A DNA stretch of 64,000 nt from Clostridia bacterium. Lineage in GTDB: Bacteria > Bacillota > Clostridia > TANB77 > CAG-508. Positions 47,290-57,458 of this stretch are shown here, piece after piece. The stretch lies in the NCBI GenBank assembly GCA_017937285.1, contig JAGBDU010000038.1, forward strand, positions 7,795 through 71,794. Reading direction: 5' to 3'. The stretch's first letter is position 1. Each line of letters opens with the position of its first letter. The notes under the pieces were generated by a model. It saw only the letters and a program-made list of their open reading frames with translations, was not told the origin of the DNA and made no database searches. The translations under genes and the position numbers were made by a program.

Positions 47290-47562
47290 ATGAAAAAGAA
47301 ATTAAAAATTAATAGATTTATTATAATCGCAGTAATAATATACTTTATATATACAATTATTTCTCAGCAACATACTTTAAATTCATATGAAAAAGAAGCA
47401 ACAGTTTATAAAAGTCAAATAAATCAAGCTAAAGAAGAAACAACAGAATTAAAAGATATAAAAAATAATATCAACTCAACAGAATATATCGAAAATATAG
47501 CAAGAGAAAAACTAGGAATGTATTTACCAAATGAACGAGTATACATTGATATTACTAATTAG
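47290..47562 (+). CDS. divIC: septum formation initiator (DivIC/FtsB family)
   Basis: N-terminal TM helix plus coiled coil, IARE.LGM motif, in the conserved yabP-yabQ-divIC order. Confidence 0.75.
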   Translation: MKKKLKINRFIIIAVIIYFIYTIISQQHTLNSYEKEATVYKSQINQAKEETTELKDIKNNINSTEYIENIAREKLGMYLPNERVYIDITN

Positions 47563-47678
47563 AGGCAAAATGGCTCTGCCTCTAATTCATCATTACACTA
47601 ATTAATTTTATGTCAAACATTATTCTTTTAATATCTTAAAAATTCCAAAAACAAATTAATATTTAGGGGGCAAAATTT

Positions 47679-49031
47679 ATGAATTTTGAAAATTGTACTT
47701 TAGTAGAATTAAGACAACTAGCTAAAGAAAAAGGCATTACAAATGTGTCAAAATTAAAGAAAGATGAACTTATTATTATTCTTTCAAAAAATGAAGAAGA
47801 TAATCAAAAAAAACAGCAGAACGAAACAATTGAAGTTGGACAAGCTAATTTAATAAAAAATGAAATTAATGAACAATCTAATAACAACGGATATAAAGTA
47901 ACAAATGCAGAAGATCAAATCATCGAAGGAATTTTAGAAGTATTACCAGATGGTTATGGATTTTTAAGAGGAGAAAATTACTTATCTACACCAAAAGATG
48001 TATATGTTTCTCCTGTTCAAATAAGACGTTTTAAATTAGATAAAGGAGATAAAGTAAAAGGTATTTCTAGACCTCCAAAAGAGGGAGAAAAATTTCCTGC
48101 TTTAATTTATGTAGGAGAAGTAAATGGTGAAGCACCAGAAAAAGCATATAGAAGAACAAAATTTGATGACCTTATTCCAATATACCCTACTGAAAAATTA
48201 AAGCTAGAAACTAAACCTAATGAATATGCTATGAGACTAATCGATTTATTATCACCTGTAGGTAAAGGTCAAAGAGGTATGATTGTAGCTCCTCCAAAAG
48301 TTGGAAAAACTACATTACTAAAAAAGATTGCAAATAGTATTTCTTCAAACAATCCAGAAGTAGAATTAATAGTACTTTTAATAGATGAACGTCCAGAAGA
48401 AGTTACAGATATGAAACGATCTATAAAAGGTGAAGTTATTTATTCTACATTTGATGAATTACCAGAACATCATGTAAAAGTTGCAGAAATGGTATTAGAA
48501 AGAGGAAAAAGACTAGTTGAACAAAAAAAGGATGTAGTAATTTTATTAGATAGTATAACAAGACTTGCCAGAGCATATAACTTAGTAATTCCATCATCAG
48601 GAAGAACACTTTCAGGAGGGTTTGATCCTGCAGCATTACATAAACCAAAAAAATTCTTCGGAGCAGCAAGAAATATAGAAAATGGGGGAAGCTTAACAAT
48701 ACTTGCAACTTCATTAGTAGAAACAGGAAGCAGAATGGATGAGGTTATATTTGAAGAATTTAAAGGAACTGGTAATATGGAAGTTGTATTAGACAGAAAA
48801 TTATCAGAAAAACGTATATTCCCAGCAATAGATATAAATAAATCTGGTACAAGAAGGGAAGATTTATTATTAACAGCCAAAGAATTAGAAACTGTATATG
48901 CATTAAGAAAAGCCTTAAATGCTATGCAAACTTCTGAAGTTACAGAACAAGTATTATCACAAATGGTTCAAACTAAAAATAATGATGAATTTATTGAAAC
49001 AATGGATTCATATTTAAAGAGATTTAAATAA
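47679..49031 (+). CDS. rho: transcription termination factor Rho
   Basis: Rho_N ([13 protein letters not shown]), cold-shock-like RNA-binding domain (GYGFLR), Walker [23 protein letters not shown]. Confidence 0.95.
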   Translation: MNFENCTLVELRQLAKEKGITNVSKLKKDELIIILSKNEEDNQKKQQNETIEVGQANLIKNEINEQSNNNGYKVTNAEDQIIEGILEVLPDGYGFLRGENYLSTPKDVYVSPVQIRRFKLDKGDKVKGISRPPKEGEKFPALIYVGEVNGEAPEKAYRRTKFDDLIPIYPTEKLKLETKPNEYAMRLIDLLSPVGKGQRGMIVAPPKVGKTTLLKKIANSISSNNPEVELIVLLIDERPEEVTDMKRSIKGEVIYSTFDELPEHHVKVAEMVLERGKRLVEQKKDVVILLDSITRLARAYNLVIPSSGRTLSGGFDPAALHKPKKFFGAARNIENGGSLTILATSLVETGSRMDEVIFEEFKGTGNMEVVLDRKLSEKRIFPAIDINKSGTRREDLLLTAKELETVYALRKALNAMQTSEVTEQVLSQMVQTKNNDEFIETMDSYLKRFK

Positions 49032-49139
49032 AAATTATAATATAACATAGTAGTTCAGAGCAGTTTCTCCCTGCTCTGTTTCTTTTTTGAGCATAAAAAA
49101 AGATATGTGTTCTCCTCACATATCTAGTGTGTTGTTAAA

Positions 49140-49530
49140 AAGCCCAAAATCAGCTTTACAATTGCTACAGTACATGTTCCTCGGTATGGCGAAGTGATTG
49201 CTTCAGAGAAAAGAGCTTTGCCAAGACTGCAAAAAGAGCTTGATGAAGCTAACAGGTTAAAGCAAAATAGTACTGTAACAATGAGGAGCAAACGTCATAA
49301 ACTTAAGTGAGGTGTTTGACATGAGCAACAAGCCCCAAAAAATAGTTCGGAATCCTTGTTTAGATGAGCCAATGCAGTCTAAACCAAAAGCCATACGCAA
49401 AATGGTAAATGAAAAATATATGTGAAACTTACCAATCGTGCGCCGAAACATTGAACGTGGCAAACTGGAATCCGCAAAGGCAGCTAAAGAACTTGCCAAG
49501 TATATCATTAAGTAAAAAATTACTGACCAA
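49140..49530 (+). other. G+C-richer patch of broken reading frames (mobile-element debris)
   Basis: Fragments such as ...RALPRLQKELDEANRLKQ..., MSNKPQKIVRNPCLDEPMQSKPKAIRKMVNEKYM* and ...RRNIERGKLESAKAAKELAKYIIK* lie in different frames. A terminator hairpin follows at about 49531-49574. Confidence 0.3.
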
Positions 49531-49599
49531 ATAAACAAGACTTTCAAACCAAAATTGAGAGTCTTGTTTATTATTTATAATACATTTGAAGAAGAACAA

Positions 49600-50100
49600 G
49601 GATGAATTTTAAGCCATTTTTATAAAAAAGACATATAACTTGTTGTGTTGCAAATTTTATAATTTTAACGAATTTGAGAAGTAGGGGAGAAAAATAACAA
49701 TTTTTAGTATAATGATTAATGTTTTATAAATTAAAATAAAATTTATAAAACATTTTTTTTAAAGTAAAAACAAATTTGGAAAAGAAAATCTAATATAGAA
49801 AATATAATAAGAAAAAAATAAAATACTAATTATAAGATAAATAAAATTTAATTTAAGTAACTACATATAAGAATCTAAAAAGTAATAGAAGAGAGGTAGG
49901 AAAAATTTTTAAATTATCTCTATATAGGGTATCAAAAACCGAAATATAACATTGCACAAAATCAAAGAAATCGGACATTTTATAATACAAAAAAATATAA
50001 CTAAAATCGCTGAAAAGTGCTAAAACAAGCGACTAAACAGAAAAAAGAGAAAAGCTACATAATGCGGCACTTTGGAATATAATATAGTTATTGAAATAGT
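49600..50100 (+). repeat. AT-rich non-coding repeat, copy R1
   Basis: Aligns by eye with 54934-55440 over about 400-500 nt, with many identical blocks: GATTTTAAGCCATTTTTATAAAAAAGA, GAGAAGTAGGGGAGAAAAATAA, GGAAAAGAAAATCTAATATAGAAAATATAAT, AACATTGCACAAAAT. Confidence 0.75.
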
Positions 50101-50382
50101 ATCCCTGTTACTGCAATGTTTATTGGAAAAGATGATTCTGGTAGATACAATTTTGCAGATAAGGGCTTATTTACGTTGTCAAAAGAGTTTATTGAAAGAG
50201 GAAAAGTATCTATTGATAAAGAATTCAATGGAGATGAAGCATTTGAAATTTATTCAAAAGTTAGACCAGTATTCAAAAGTACATGTTGAAATATAAATTG
50301 AACCGCCGTATGCCGAACGGCAAGTGCAGTGCTGCGAGAGGAAATAAATTAAATAATTATTTATTCTCTAATGGATTTATAC

Positions 50383-50440
50383 TTGACAATTAACAAATTT
50401 GATAGTATACTAATATACTATAAGAGTATACCAGTATACA
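50383..50440 (+). promoter_or_regulatory. promoter plus repeated AGTATAC operator-like motifs upstream of the TetR gene
   Basis: TTGACA (50383), 17 nt, TATACT (50406). AGTATAC occurs at 50404, 50425 and 50433. Confidence 0.5.
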
Positions 50441-50454
50441 AAGGAGATGAAATT

Positions 50455-51018
50455 ATGAAGAAAAAACAAATAATTGAAGCTGCAAGAAAACTATTTAATA
50501 AATATGGGTTTAAAAAAGTTACAATGGATGAAATTGCAAGAGGGGCTAATGTAACTAAAAAAACAGTTTATACGTATTTTTCTAGTAAAGAGGAATTATT
50601 TAAATATTTCATAAATGAAGAATTGGAAAATATGAAAAAAATTGTTGAAGAGGTTGAAACTGAAAACACAGATTTTTATGAAACTGTTCATCAAGGAATT
50701 TATAAGTTATTAAAATATACTAATCAAAAGAAGTTTCTAAAGAATCTTGTAAATGAAGCAGAAATTCTGAAAAATCCTGTGATAATTGAGAATTTAAAGG
50801 TTTTTGATGCCGAAATACAAAATTATATTAAACAAAAATTATTAATTGCAATTGATAAAGGTCATATAAAAGTAAAAGATGTTGATATTGTTACTTTTTT
50901 AATCTATAAAATGTATATTGCTTTAATGTTTGATTGGAATGAAAGCAATAAGAAATTAGATGAAAATATTATTGCAGACAATATTATTGGATTTTTAAAA
51001 AATGGTTTAAGTAGCTAA
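50455..51018 (+). CDS. TetR/AcrR family transcriptional regulator
   Basis: AAGGAG then ATG at 50455. HTH GFKKVTMDEIARGANVTKKTVYTYFSSKEELF. Confidence 0.85.
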   Translation: MKKKQIIEAARKLFNKYGFKKVTMDEIARGANVTKKTVYTYFSSKEELFKYFINEELENMKKIVEEVETENTDFYETVHQGIYKLLKYTNQKKFLKNLVNEAEILKNPVIIENLKVFDAEIQNYIKQKLLIAIDKGHIKVKDVDIVTFLIYKMYIALMFDWNESNKKLDENIIADNIIGFLKNGLSS

Positions 51019-51102
51019 TAGGTGTTTTTTTGTGATTTTATAAATAATCTCAAAAGCACCAAAAATACACTAATAAATTTATATAAAGAAAGGATATTTA
51101 AA

Positions 51103-53238
51103 ATGAATACTAAAAAAATTATAAAAATAGTTATTTTTACAGTTGTAATGTTAATCCCAATTATTTATAGTTTCTTCTATTTAAAATCATATTGGGATCC
51201 ATATGGTAACTTAAAAGATATGAAGGTTGCTATGGTTAATTTAGACAAAGGTGATAATGGGGAAAACGAAGGACAAAGAGTGATTGATAGTTTAAAAGAA
51301 AAGAATGTTGTTGATATTTGTGAGGTAAGTGAAAGTGATGCTGAAGATGGTTTGAAAAATCAAAAGTATTATGCAGTAATTATTATTCCAGAGAATTTTA
51401 CTAAAGATTTAAGAAGTGCAGGTGAAGTAAATAAAAAAGTTGTTAAAATTACATATGCACCAAATCAAAAGATGAATTATTTGGCTTCTCAAATTATTAA
51501 TAAAATTGTACTTGCAACAGAAAACCAAATTAAGAGCGAAATTTCTAGTAAAACTGTTGAAACACTTGCTGAAAGTATTAAAGATGTTCCAGATAGTTTA
51601 AAAGAAATTTCAGATGGTTCAGTTAAAATATTAGAAGGAACACAAAGTTTATCAAATGGATTAAATCAATTAAATACTGGTGTTAATACTTTAAAAAATA
51701 GCTATTCTGAATTTGATAATGGTGTTGAAAGGGTTACTAATGGAAGCAAAGAATTAACTAATGGAATTAATCAAATTGATGATGGGGCTAAAGAGTTATC
51801 AAACGGTGGTAAGACTTTAGATTCTGCTATTATGCAAATTAATCAAGGTGCTGATACTTTATTACAATCTGGAAATAGTGGAATAGAGCAATTACAAAGT
51901 GGAATTAATCAAATTAGTGCAGGAAGCAGTAATTTAAATGATGGTGTTAAGAAATATGTTGATAGTACTGATTATTTAGGAACAAATACTCAGGCTTATA
52001 TTGATGGTGCTAATGGATTAAATGAAAATACTAAAGCGTTATTAACAGCGGTAGCTCAGTATGGAAAGGTTAGTCAAGATCCAAATGTTATAGGATTATC
52101 TCAAAAAGCTGAGGCTATTTTAAATAGTGGAGCTTATGATAAGGTTGAACAAAGTGGCAATTTAATAAAAGGTGGAATTCAAGAATTAATGAAATCAAGC
52201 GGTACTTTAAAACAAGGTGCACAGAATTTATCAGACGGAACTGCTAAATTAAGTAATAGTACGGCAGGTTTAAATCAATTAACTTTGGGAATGTCTGAAC
52301 TAAAAAATGCTTTATCACAAGTTCAAAATGGAACATCTAATCTAAATAATGGAATTTCTTCATTAGAAAATGGAACTAATAGTATTAAATCAGGAAGTAC
52401 TGCATTAACAAATGGTTTAGAAACTTTGAAATCAAATTCTGAGAAAATAAAACTTGGTTTAAATACTTTAAGTGAAGGAACAGATAGTGCTTATAATGGA
52501 AGTATTGAATTACAAAATGGTGTTGAAACTTTAAAAAATGGTGTTGATGAAGGTATTGAAACTGCTAATAATGAAATTAAAAAATTAGATGGATTAAGCG
52601 ATCATGTTTCTAATTCAGTAGAACTTGTTGAAAAAGATTATGGTGAAGTTAGTTCATATGGTATAGCGTTTACACCATTATTTTTATCAATTGGTTTATG
52701 GGTTGGTGCTTTGATGTGTTATGTTGTTTTATATTATGACCAAAAACATAGATTTGGAATTTTTGATAGTGAGTATAAGAATAAATTAAAACAAGATTTA
52801 GCTTATTTAGGAATTGGAGTGGTTCAAGGTTTATTAACTGCATTTTTATTAAAATTATCATTGGGATATAATGTGGATAATACTTTTGTATATTATATGG
52901 TAAGTGCATTGATGGGAGTATGTTTTACAAGTATAATTCAGTTTTTAATAAGAACTTTTGGAGATGTTGGTAAATTTTTAGCATTAATTATTTTGGTTTT
53001 ACAATTAGCAGCGTCTGGAGGTACTTTCCCTGTTGATATTATTGATAAATGTTTTAGATGGTTGAATCCATTATTACCTATGACATATACAATTAAAGTT
53101 TTAAAAGATTGCTTGATTTCAACAGAAACAAATTTTGTTGCACATAATTGCTTGATTATTTTTGGTTATGTGTTAGTATCAGTTGTATTAACTGTTGTTG
53201 TTGAGATATTTAGAAAAAAGAAGAAAATAAAAAATTAA
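51103..53238 (+). CDS. YhgE/Pip domain membrane protein
   Basis: N-terminal TM followed by YWDPYGNL, a long repetitive coiled region (LSNGLNQLNTGVNTLKN...), and a C-terminal ABC-2-like 5-TM bundle. Confidence 0.85.
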   Translation: MNTKKIIKIVIFTVVMLIPIIYSFFYLKSYWDPYGNLKDMKVAMVNLDKGDNGENEGQRVIDSLKEKNVVDICEVSESDAEDGLKNQKYYAVIIIPENFTKDLRSAGEVNKKVVKITYAPNQKMNYLASQIINKIVLATENQIKSEISSKTVETLAESIKDVPDSLKEISDGSVKILEGTQSLSNGLNQLNTGVNTLKNSYSEFDNGVERVTNGSKELTNGINQIDDGAKELSNGGKTLDSAIMQINQGADTLLQSGNSGIEQLQSGINQISAGSSNLNDGVKKYVDSTDYLGTNTQAYIDGANGLNENTKALLTAVAQYGKVSQDPNVIGLSQKAEAILNSGAYDKVEQSGNLIKGGIQELMKSSGTLKQGAQNLSDGTAKLSNSTAGLNQLTLGMSELKNALSQVQNGTSNLNNGISSLENGTNSIKSGSTALTNGLETLKSNSEKIKLGLNTLSEGTDSAYNGSIELQNGVETLKNGVDEGIETANNEIKKLDGLSDHVSNSVELVEKDYGEVSSYGIAFTPLFLSIGLWVGALMCYVVLYYDQKHRFGIFDSEYKNKLKQDLAYLGIGVVQGLLTAFLLKLSLGYNVDNTFVYYMVSALMGVCFTSIIQFLIRTFGDVGKFLALIILVLQLAASGGTFPVDIIDKCFRWLNPLLPMTYTIKVLKDCLISTETNFVAHNCLIIFGYVLVSVVLTVVVEIFRKKKKIKN

Positions 53239-53282
53239 TATATTTAAATAAAATCAGGTTATAAGTACAATATTTCGACCTA

Positions 53283-53520
53283 GTAAAAGCAGAAGAGAGG
53301 TAGAAAATTTTTCAAAATTAGCTCCATATAGGGTATCAAAAACCGAAATATTACATTGCACAAAATGAAAGTAGTCGGACATTTTTTAATGGAAAAATAA
53401 TAAGCACAAAATTGCTGAAAAATAGCTATATTACAGTACTTATCTCGAAAATAACAAAGTTACATAATTCAAAGAAATTAATAACATAATTTAAATTAAA
53501 ATAGTTATCGAAATCCTACC
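53283..53520 (+). repeat. AT-rich non-coding repeat, partial copy R3
   Basis: AGAAGAGAGGTAGAAAATTTTTCAAAATTAGCTCCATATAGGGTATCAAAAACCGAAATATTACATTGCACAAAATGAAAG matches the 3' part of R1 and R2. Confidence 0.7.
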
Positions 53521-53572
53521 TTTTTTCGACATTTTTTTCAAGAAATAAATTACAGAATTCATAGAATAGTCA

Positions 53573-53601
53573 TTGTATTTGAGTCAATTTTACGATATAA
53601 T
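53573..53601 (+). promoter_or_regulatory. promoter of the small toxin-like ORF
   Basis: TTGTAT, 17 nt, TATAAT. Confidence 0.4.
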
Positions 53602-53652
53602 TAAAGAGTCCATGTATTTGGACAATCCCTGCAGAAGGGAGGTGCAAAAGGA

Positions 53653-53742
53653 ATGACATCCTATGAGCTAATCTGGCGATTAATTGTCTTATTGCTTTTA
53701 AGTAATAATGATAATGAAAACCAAGGCACAAACAAAGAATAA
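53653..53742 (+). CDS. 29-aa hydrophobic/charged peptide MTSYELIWRLIVLLLLSNNDNENQGTNKE (type I toxin-like)
   Basis: Absent from the ORF track. GGGAGGTG SD 9 nt upstream. Hydrophobic N-terminal half, polar tail, with a strong G+C-rich terminator directly after. Confidence 0.4.
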   Translation: MTSYELIWRLIVLLLLSNNDNENQGTNKE

Positions 53743-53747
53743 TCTTT

Positions 53748-53775
53748 GAAGGCGGACGACGACCGCCTTTTTCTT
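53748..53775 (+). terminator. rho-independent terminator
   Basis: GAAGGCGG-acgacga-CCGCCTT followed by TTTTCTTTT. Confidence 0.8.
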
Positions 53776-53786
53776 TTGAATTAAAA

Positions 53787-53855
53787 TAAAAAAAGAGATA
53801 TGCGACGAACATATCTCGATGCAAATCTTGTGACATCCTATGATTTGCTTAAGCT
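53787..53855 (-). ncRNA. candidate antisense-type sRNA (antitoxin) converging on the toxin-like ORF
   Basis: Minus-strand TTGACA (53890-53885), 17 nt, TATAAT (53867-53862). The transcript contains the hairpin GCAAATC..GATTTGC, whose loop CATAGGATGTCA is complementary to TGACATCCTATG at the toxin start codon. It ends in the hairpin GAGATATG..CATATCTC plus T7. Confidence 0.45.
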
Positions 53856-54227
53856 ATAATTATTATAGCATCATTCTTATTATATGTCAAATAAAATTTT
53901 TCATACATTATTTATGCGTATCTAATATTTTTATAAAAAAGAGATATGTGTCATCACACACATATCAAGCATTACTATAAATCGGTTACACTACAATGCT
54001 AATATTATTATAACACCATTTAATTATATGTCAAATCATATAAATTGACATTTTACATAAAAGATGATAATATAAATCCATAAATTCCAGGCACTTAGCC
54101 TGTTTATATAGTCCAGGTTAGTGGAATAATGCAGAATTTGCATATATTCGTGTTCAGCACTGACAAAGACATAGCAAGTAAGAAGGTCAGCTTACTTGTA
54201 CAAACTAAATTTAGGAGGAAATATGAC

Positions 54228-54572
54228 ATGAAGCTTATTGATTCTAAAGAAATTGAAAGAGTAAAGACAGAATTAGCTGTAAAACGGAATGAATTCGAAC
54301 AGATAAACTTCAATAGCTTAGATGAAAAACTCAAATGGATTGAAGATTTTTTCAATAGCTACGTTCCAATGTTAGAAGAGAGGTATCTTTCTAAAGAAGA
54401 GCGTAAGGGCTCGATATTTTTGCCAAATGAGCTGAGAATACACTTTTATATGTATTTTCCAGAACATGGTTTAAACCAGGCAAATAATTGTCAGGAGCTT
54501 GCAGGTGAATTAGCAAAAATTGCTAATAGTAGATCATATGCAAATAGATTTGCTTTCAGTCATTGGGATTAA
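54228..54572 (+). CDS. hypothetical protein (114 aa)
   Basis: AGGAGG then ATG at 54228, with promoter TTGACA-17-TAATAT at 54045. G+C richer than the flanks; no family recognised. Confidence 0.55.
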   Translation: MKLIDSKEIERVKTELAVKRNEFEQINFNSLDEKLKWIEDFFNSYVPMLEERYLSKEERKGSIFLPNELRIHFYMYFPEHGLNQANNCQELAGELAKIANSRSYANRFAFSHWD

Positions 54573-54597
54573 TTTTTAATATTGAAGGGAGTTATCT

Positions 54598-54854
54598 ATG
54601 TCTATAGTGATTCGTTGGCTTATTATTTTTTCAATAATTGCAATTTGGTTTGCAGTAGGCATTAAAATTTGCAGATCAAATTCAAACGTGAAAAAAATGA
54701 AACTGGTAAATACAAGAGAGTTGAACATGAAAGAACTCAGCAGTTCGAAACATTTATTCATTCTAATGGTTATAAAAGAATTATGAGCCTTGAACCAATT
54801 CCGTATTCTCTTGAACCATATGATTCTGATTGTGGTGGAGAAGATGGTTATTGA
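54598..54854 (+). pseudogene. small membrane protein, apparently frameshifted in an A7 run
   Basis: GGGAG RBS. MSIVIRWLIIFSIIAIWFAVGIKICRSNSNVKK, then the frame changes at GTGAAAAAAATG (about 54689-54700) into ...ETGKYKRVEHERTQQFETFIHSNGYKRIMSLEPIPYSLEPYDSDCGGEDGY. A terminator lies at 54858-54895. Confidence 0.4.
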
Positions 54855-54933
54855 ATCAAAAAAGAGTACTTACTTATTGTAGGTACTCTTTTTTCGATAG
54901 TCTATTTTTTTATACGTTTTGATAAAAACGAAA

Positions 54934-55440
54934 ATGGATTTTAAGCCATTTTTATAAAAAAGATATATAACTTTTATAATTATTTCAAAATTTAACAAAG
55001 CTGAATTTAACAAATCTGAGAAGTAGGGGAGAAAAATAATAATTTTTAGTATAAAGATTAATTTTTTATAAATTAAAAATATACTTTATAAAAATAATTT
55101 TTAAAAAGTAAAAATAAGTTTGGAAAAGAAAATCTAATATAGAAAATATAATTAGAAAAAAATAATAAATATAAGATAAACAAAATTTAATTTAAGTAAC
55201 TACATGTAAGAATCTAAAAGAGTAGCAGAAGAGAGCTAGGAAATTTTTCAAAATTAGCTCCATATAGGGAATCAAAAACCGGAATATAACATTGCACAAA
55301 ATGAAAGTAATATGACTATTTTCTATGAGGTAAATTTAATATATTAGTTTAGAAAAAGAGCAAAAGAGAAAATGACGAGAAACCGCTATAAATAAATGAA
55401 AACTATAATTTCGCCAAAATATTTATATTCTAAAATCCCA
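54934..55440 (+). repeat. AT-rich non-coding repeat, copy R2
   Basis: See R1. Same orientation, directly upstream of the folT cassette. Confidence 0.75.
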
Positions 55441-55605
55441 AAAATGTCGCAGTTTAATATAACTATCATTTTCCGCTTCTTATTTCCATACTAGAAAAAT
55501 ATAAAACTTAAAAACTATATAAAGTTTATATATTTATATTTATTTTTTGACAAAATATGATATAATCAGTAACGATTTAACACAAAAATAGAGAGGAGAA
55601 AGAAA

Positions 55606-56136
55606 ATGTCAAAAAATAAGAAAATAATATTATCTGCAATGTTGCTTGCACTACTTATAGTACTATCAAGATTTCTATCTATAGAAACTCAATTTTTAGT
55701 ATTAAGTTTTAGTTTTATTCCAATTATGATGTCAGCTATTTGGCTTGGACCTAAGTATAGTATGATGATTGCAGCTTTAGGTGATTTGATTGGTGCTTTA
55801 CTATTTCCATTTGGAGCATATTTTCCAGGATTTACATTAAGTGCTGCAATATCAGGCTTGATTTATGGTTTATTCTTATACAACAAGAACAACGCTTCAA
55901 TTAGTAATATAAAATTTTTATTAAAACTCATAATAAGCAGTATTCTTGTTTTAGGTTTAGTAAATATATTTATTACATCTTTTTGGCTACATATGTTATA
56001 TGGAAAAGCATACTTAGTTATTATAAGTACAAGAGCTGTATCTCAATTAATAATGTTACCAATTCAAGTTACAATAATATATATTTTAAATAAAGTTTTA
56101 AATCCAATATTTGATAAATATTTAATGCAGGATTAG
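55606..56136 (+). CDS. folT: folate-family ECF transporter S component
   Basis: 176 aa, 5-6 TM helices. LSRFLSIET...DLIGALLFPFGAYFPGFTLSAAISGLIYGLFLY is typical of FolT. Confidence 0.8.
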   Translation: MSKNKKIILSAMLLALLIVLSRFLSIETQFLVLSFSFIPIMMSAIWLGPKYSMMIAALGDLIGALLFPFGAYFPGFTLSAAISGLIYGLFLYNKNNASISNIKFLLKLIISSILVLGLVNIFITSFWLHMLYGKAYLVIISTRAVSQLIMLPIQVTIIYILNKVLNPIFDKYLMQD

Positions 56137-56147
56137 GAGGTTTAATA

Positions 56148-57458
56148 ATGATTGATGTAGATGTAAATGAATATTTAAAAAATTTTTATAAAGGTACAAA
56201 AAATCCTTCACTAAAAGCTATGCAATACTTTATGAATAAATATGATAATTTCGAAAAACAAATGAAATTCATACATATTGCAGGAACAAACGGAAAAGGA
56301 AGTTGTACAGAAATAACCGCTAATATTTTACAAAAACAAGGTTATAAGGTAGGTAAATTCTTATCCCCACATTTAATTAGATACAATGAAAGAATAAGTA
56401 TTAATGGAAAAGAAATATCTGATGAAGAAATGTTAAAACTGATAGAAGAATTAAAACCATTAATAGATGAGTATAATAAAATTGAAGAAGTTAATATCAC
56501 TTTATTTGAACTGGAAACAACAATGGCTTTACTATATTTTTACAAAAACAATGTTGATTTTGTTGTTCTTGAAACAGGCCTTGGTGGTTTATATGATTGT
56601 ACAAATATAATCACAAAACCATTAGTATCAATTATAACATCAATAGGATATGATCATATGCATATATTAGGTAATACATTAGCTGAAATAGCATATCAAA
56701 AAGCAGGAATTATAAAAGATAATTCAAATACTGTAATTTTTCAAAGTATACCTGAAGTTGATAATGTGTTTATTAAACAATGTGAGAATAAGAATAATAT
56801 TTTACATATAGTAAAAGAATCTGACGTAACAAATTACAAATTTGATAATAATTATCAATATTTTGATTATAAGGATATAACAGATTTAAGAATAAATTTA
56901 AAAGGAAAAATTCAAATTCAAAATGCAAGTCTATGTATAGAAGCAATGCAAATATTAAATGAATTAGGATACGAAGTTACAAGTCAAAGTATAAGATCTG
57001 GCTTAGAAACAGTAATTCATAAAGGTAGAATGGAACAATTGAATGATAATCCAATAATAGTATTTGACGGTGCACATAATGAACCTGCAATAAATAATTT
57101 ACAAAATATGGTACACATGTATTATAGTAATTATAAAAGAGTTTATATTATTTCGATCCTTAAGAGAAAAGATTATGATAAGATGTTAAAATTATTATCA
57201 GAAGATAAAGAAGCTTTATTTGTATTAACATCAGGAAATAATTCTGATAGTTATGCAACAAGTGATGAATTATATGAATATATGAAGAAATATACATCTG
57301 AAAAAAATATACTTATGAAGAACATAGAAAACGCTATAGAAGATGCTATGAACAATAATATAGATACAGTAAACTTTGTTGTAGGTAGTTTTTATACATA
57401 TGGTACAGTTGTAAGTAAAATAAAGGAACTAAAAAATGATAGAAATAGAAAATCTTAG
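56148..57458 (+). CDS. folC: folylpolyglutamate synthase / dihydrofolate synthase
   Basis: IHIAGTNGKGS P-loop and Mur-ligase-like domains. Confidence 0.9.
   Translation: MIDVDVNEYLKNFYKGTKNPSLKAMQYFMNKYDNFEKQMKFIHIAGTNGKGSCTEITANILQKQGYKVGKFLSPHLIRYNERISINGKEISDEEMLKLIEELKPLIDEYNKIEEVNITLFELETTMALLYFYKNNVDFVVLETGLGGLYDCTNIITKPLVSIITSIGYDHMHILGNTLAEIAYQKAGIIKDNSNTVIFQSIPEVDNVFIKQCENKNNILHIVKESDVTNYKFDNNYQYFDYKDITDLRINLKGKIQIQNASLCIEAMQILNELGYEVTSQSIRSGLETVIHKGRMEQLNDNPIIVFDGAHNEPAINNLQNMVHMYYSNYKRVYIISILKRKDYDKMLKLLSEDKEALFVLTSGNNSDSYATSDELYEYMKKYTSEKNILMKNIENAIEDAMNNNIDTVNFVVGSFYTYGTVVSKIKELKNDRNRKS

Noticed and set aside
49257-49547. 96-aa minus-strand ORF in the G+C-richer patch after rho
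   Set aside because: It has no RBS. The plus strand of the same patch contains several more protein-like but broken frames, so the region is treated as gene debris rather than a gene.
50296-50345. G+C-rich patch AACCGCCGTATGCCGAACGGCAAGTGCAGTGCTGCGAGAGG, reminiscent of a structured-RNA segment often seen near group II intron / retroelement ORFs
   Set aside because: The similarity is from memory only, and the predicted helix is degraded. There is no reverse-transcriptase ORF, no recognisable 5' GUGYG and no domain V/VI nearby. At most it is a relic and it cannot be supported without a covariance-model search.
53570-53836. 88-aa minus-strand ORF across the toxin-like locus
   Set aside because: It spans two terminator hairpins and the toxin ORF in antisense and has no RBS. 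The promoter, terminator and small-ORF architecture explains the region better.
55440-55605. Expected THF riboswitch or other leader upstream of folT
   Set aside because: The sequence is almost pure AT with a TG-extended -10 and no conserved pseudoknot or G+C-rich helices. Nothing resembling a THF aptamer could be traced.
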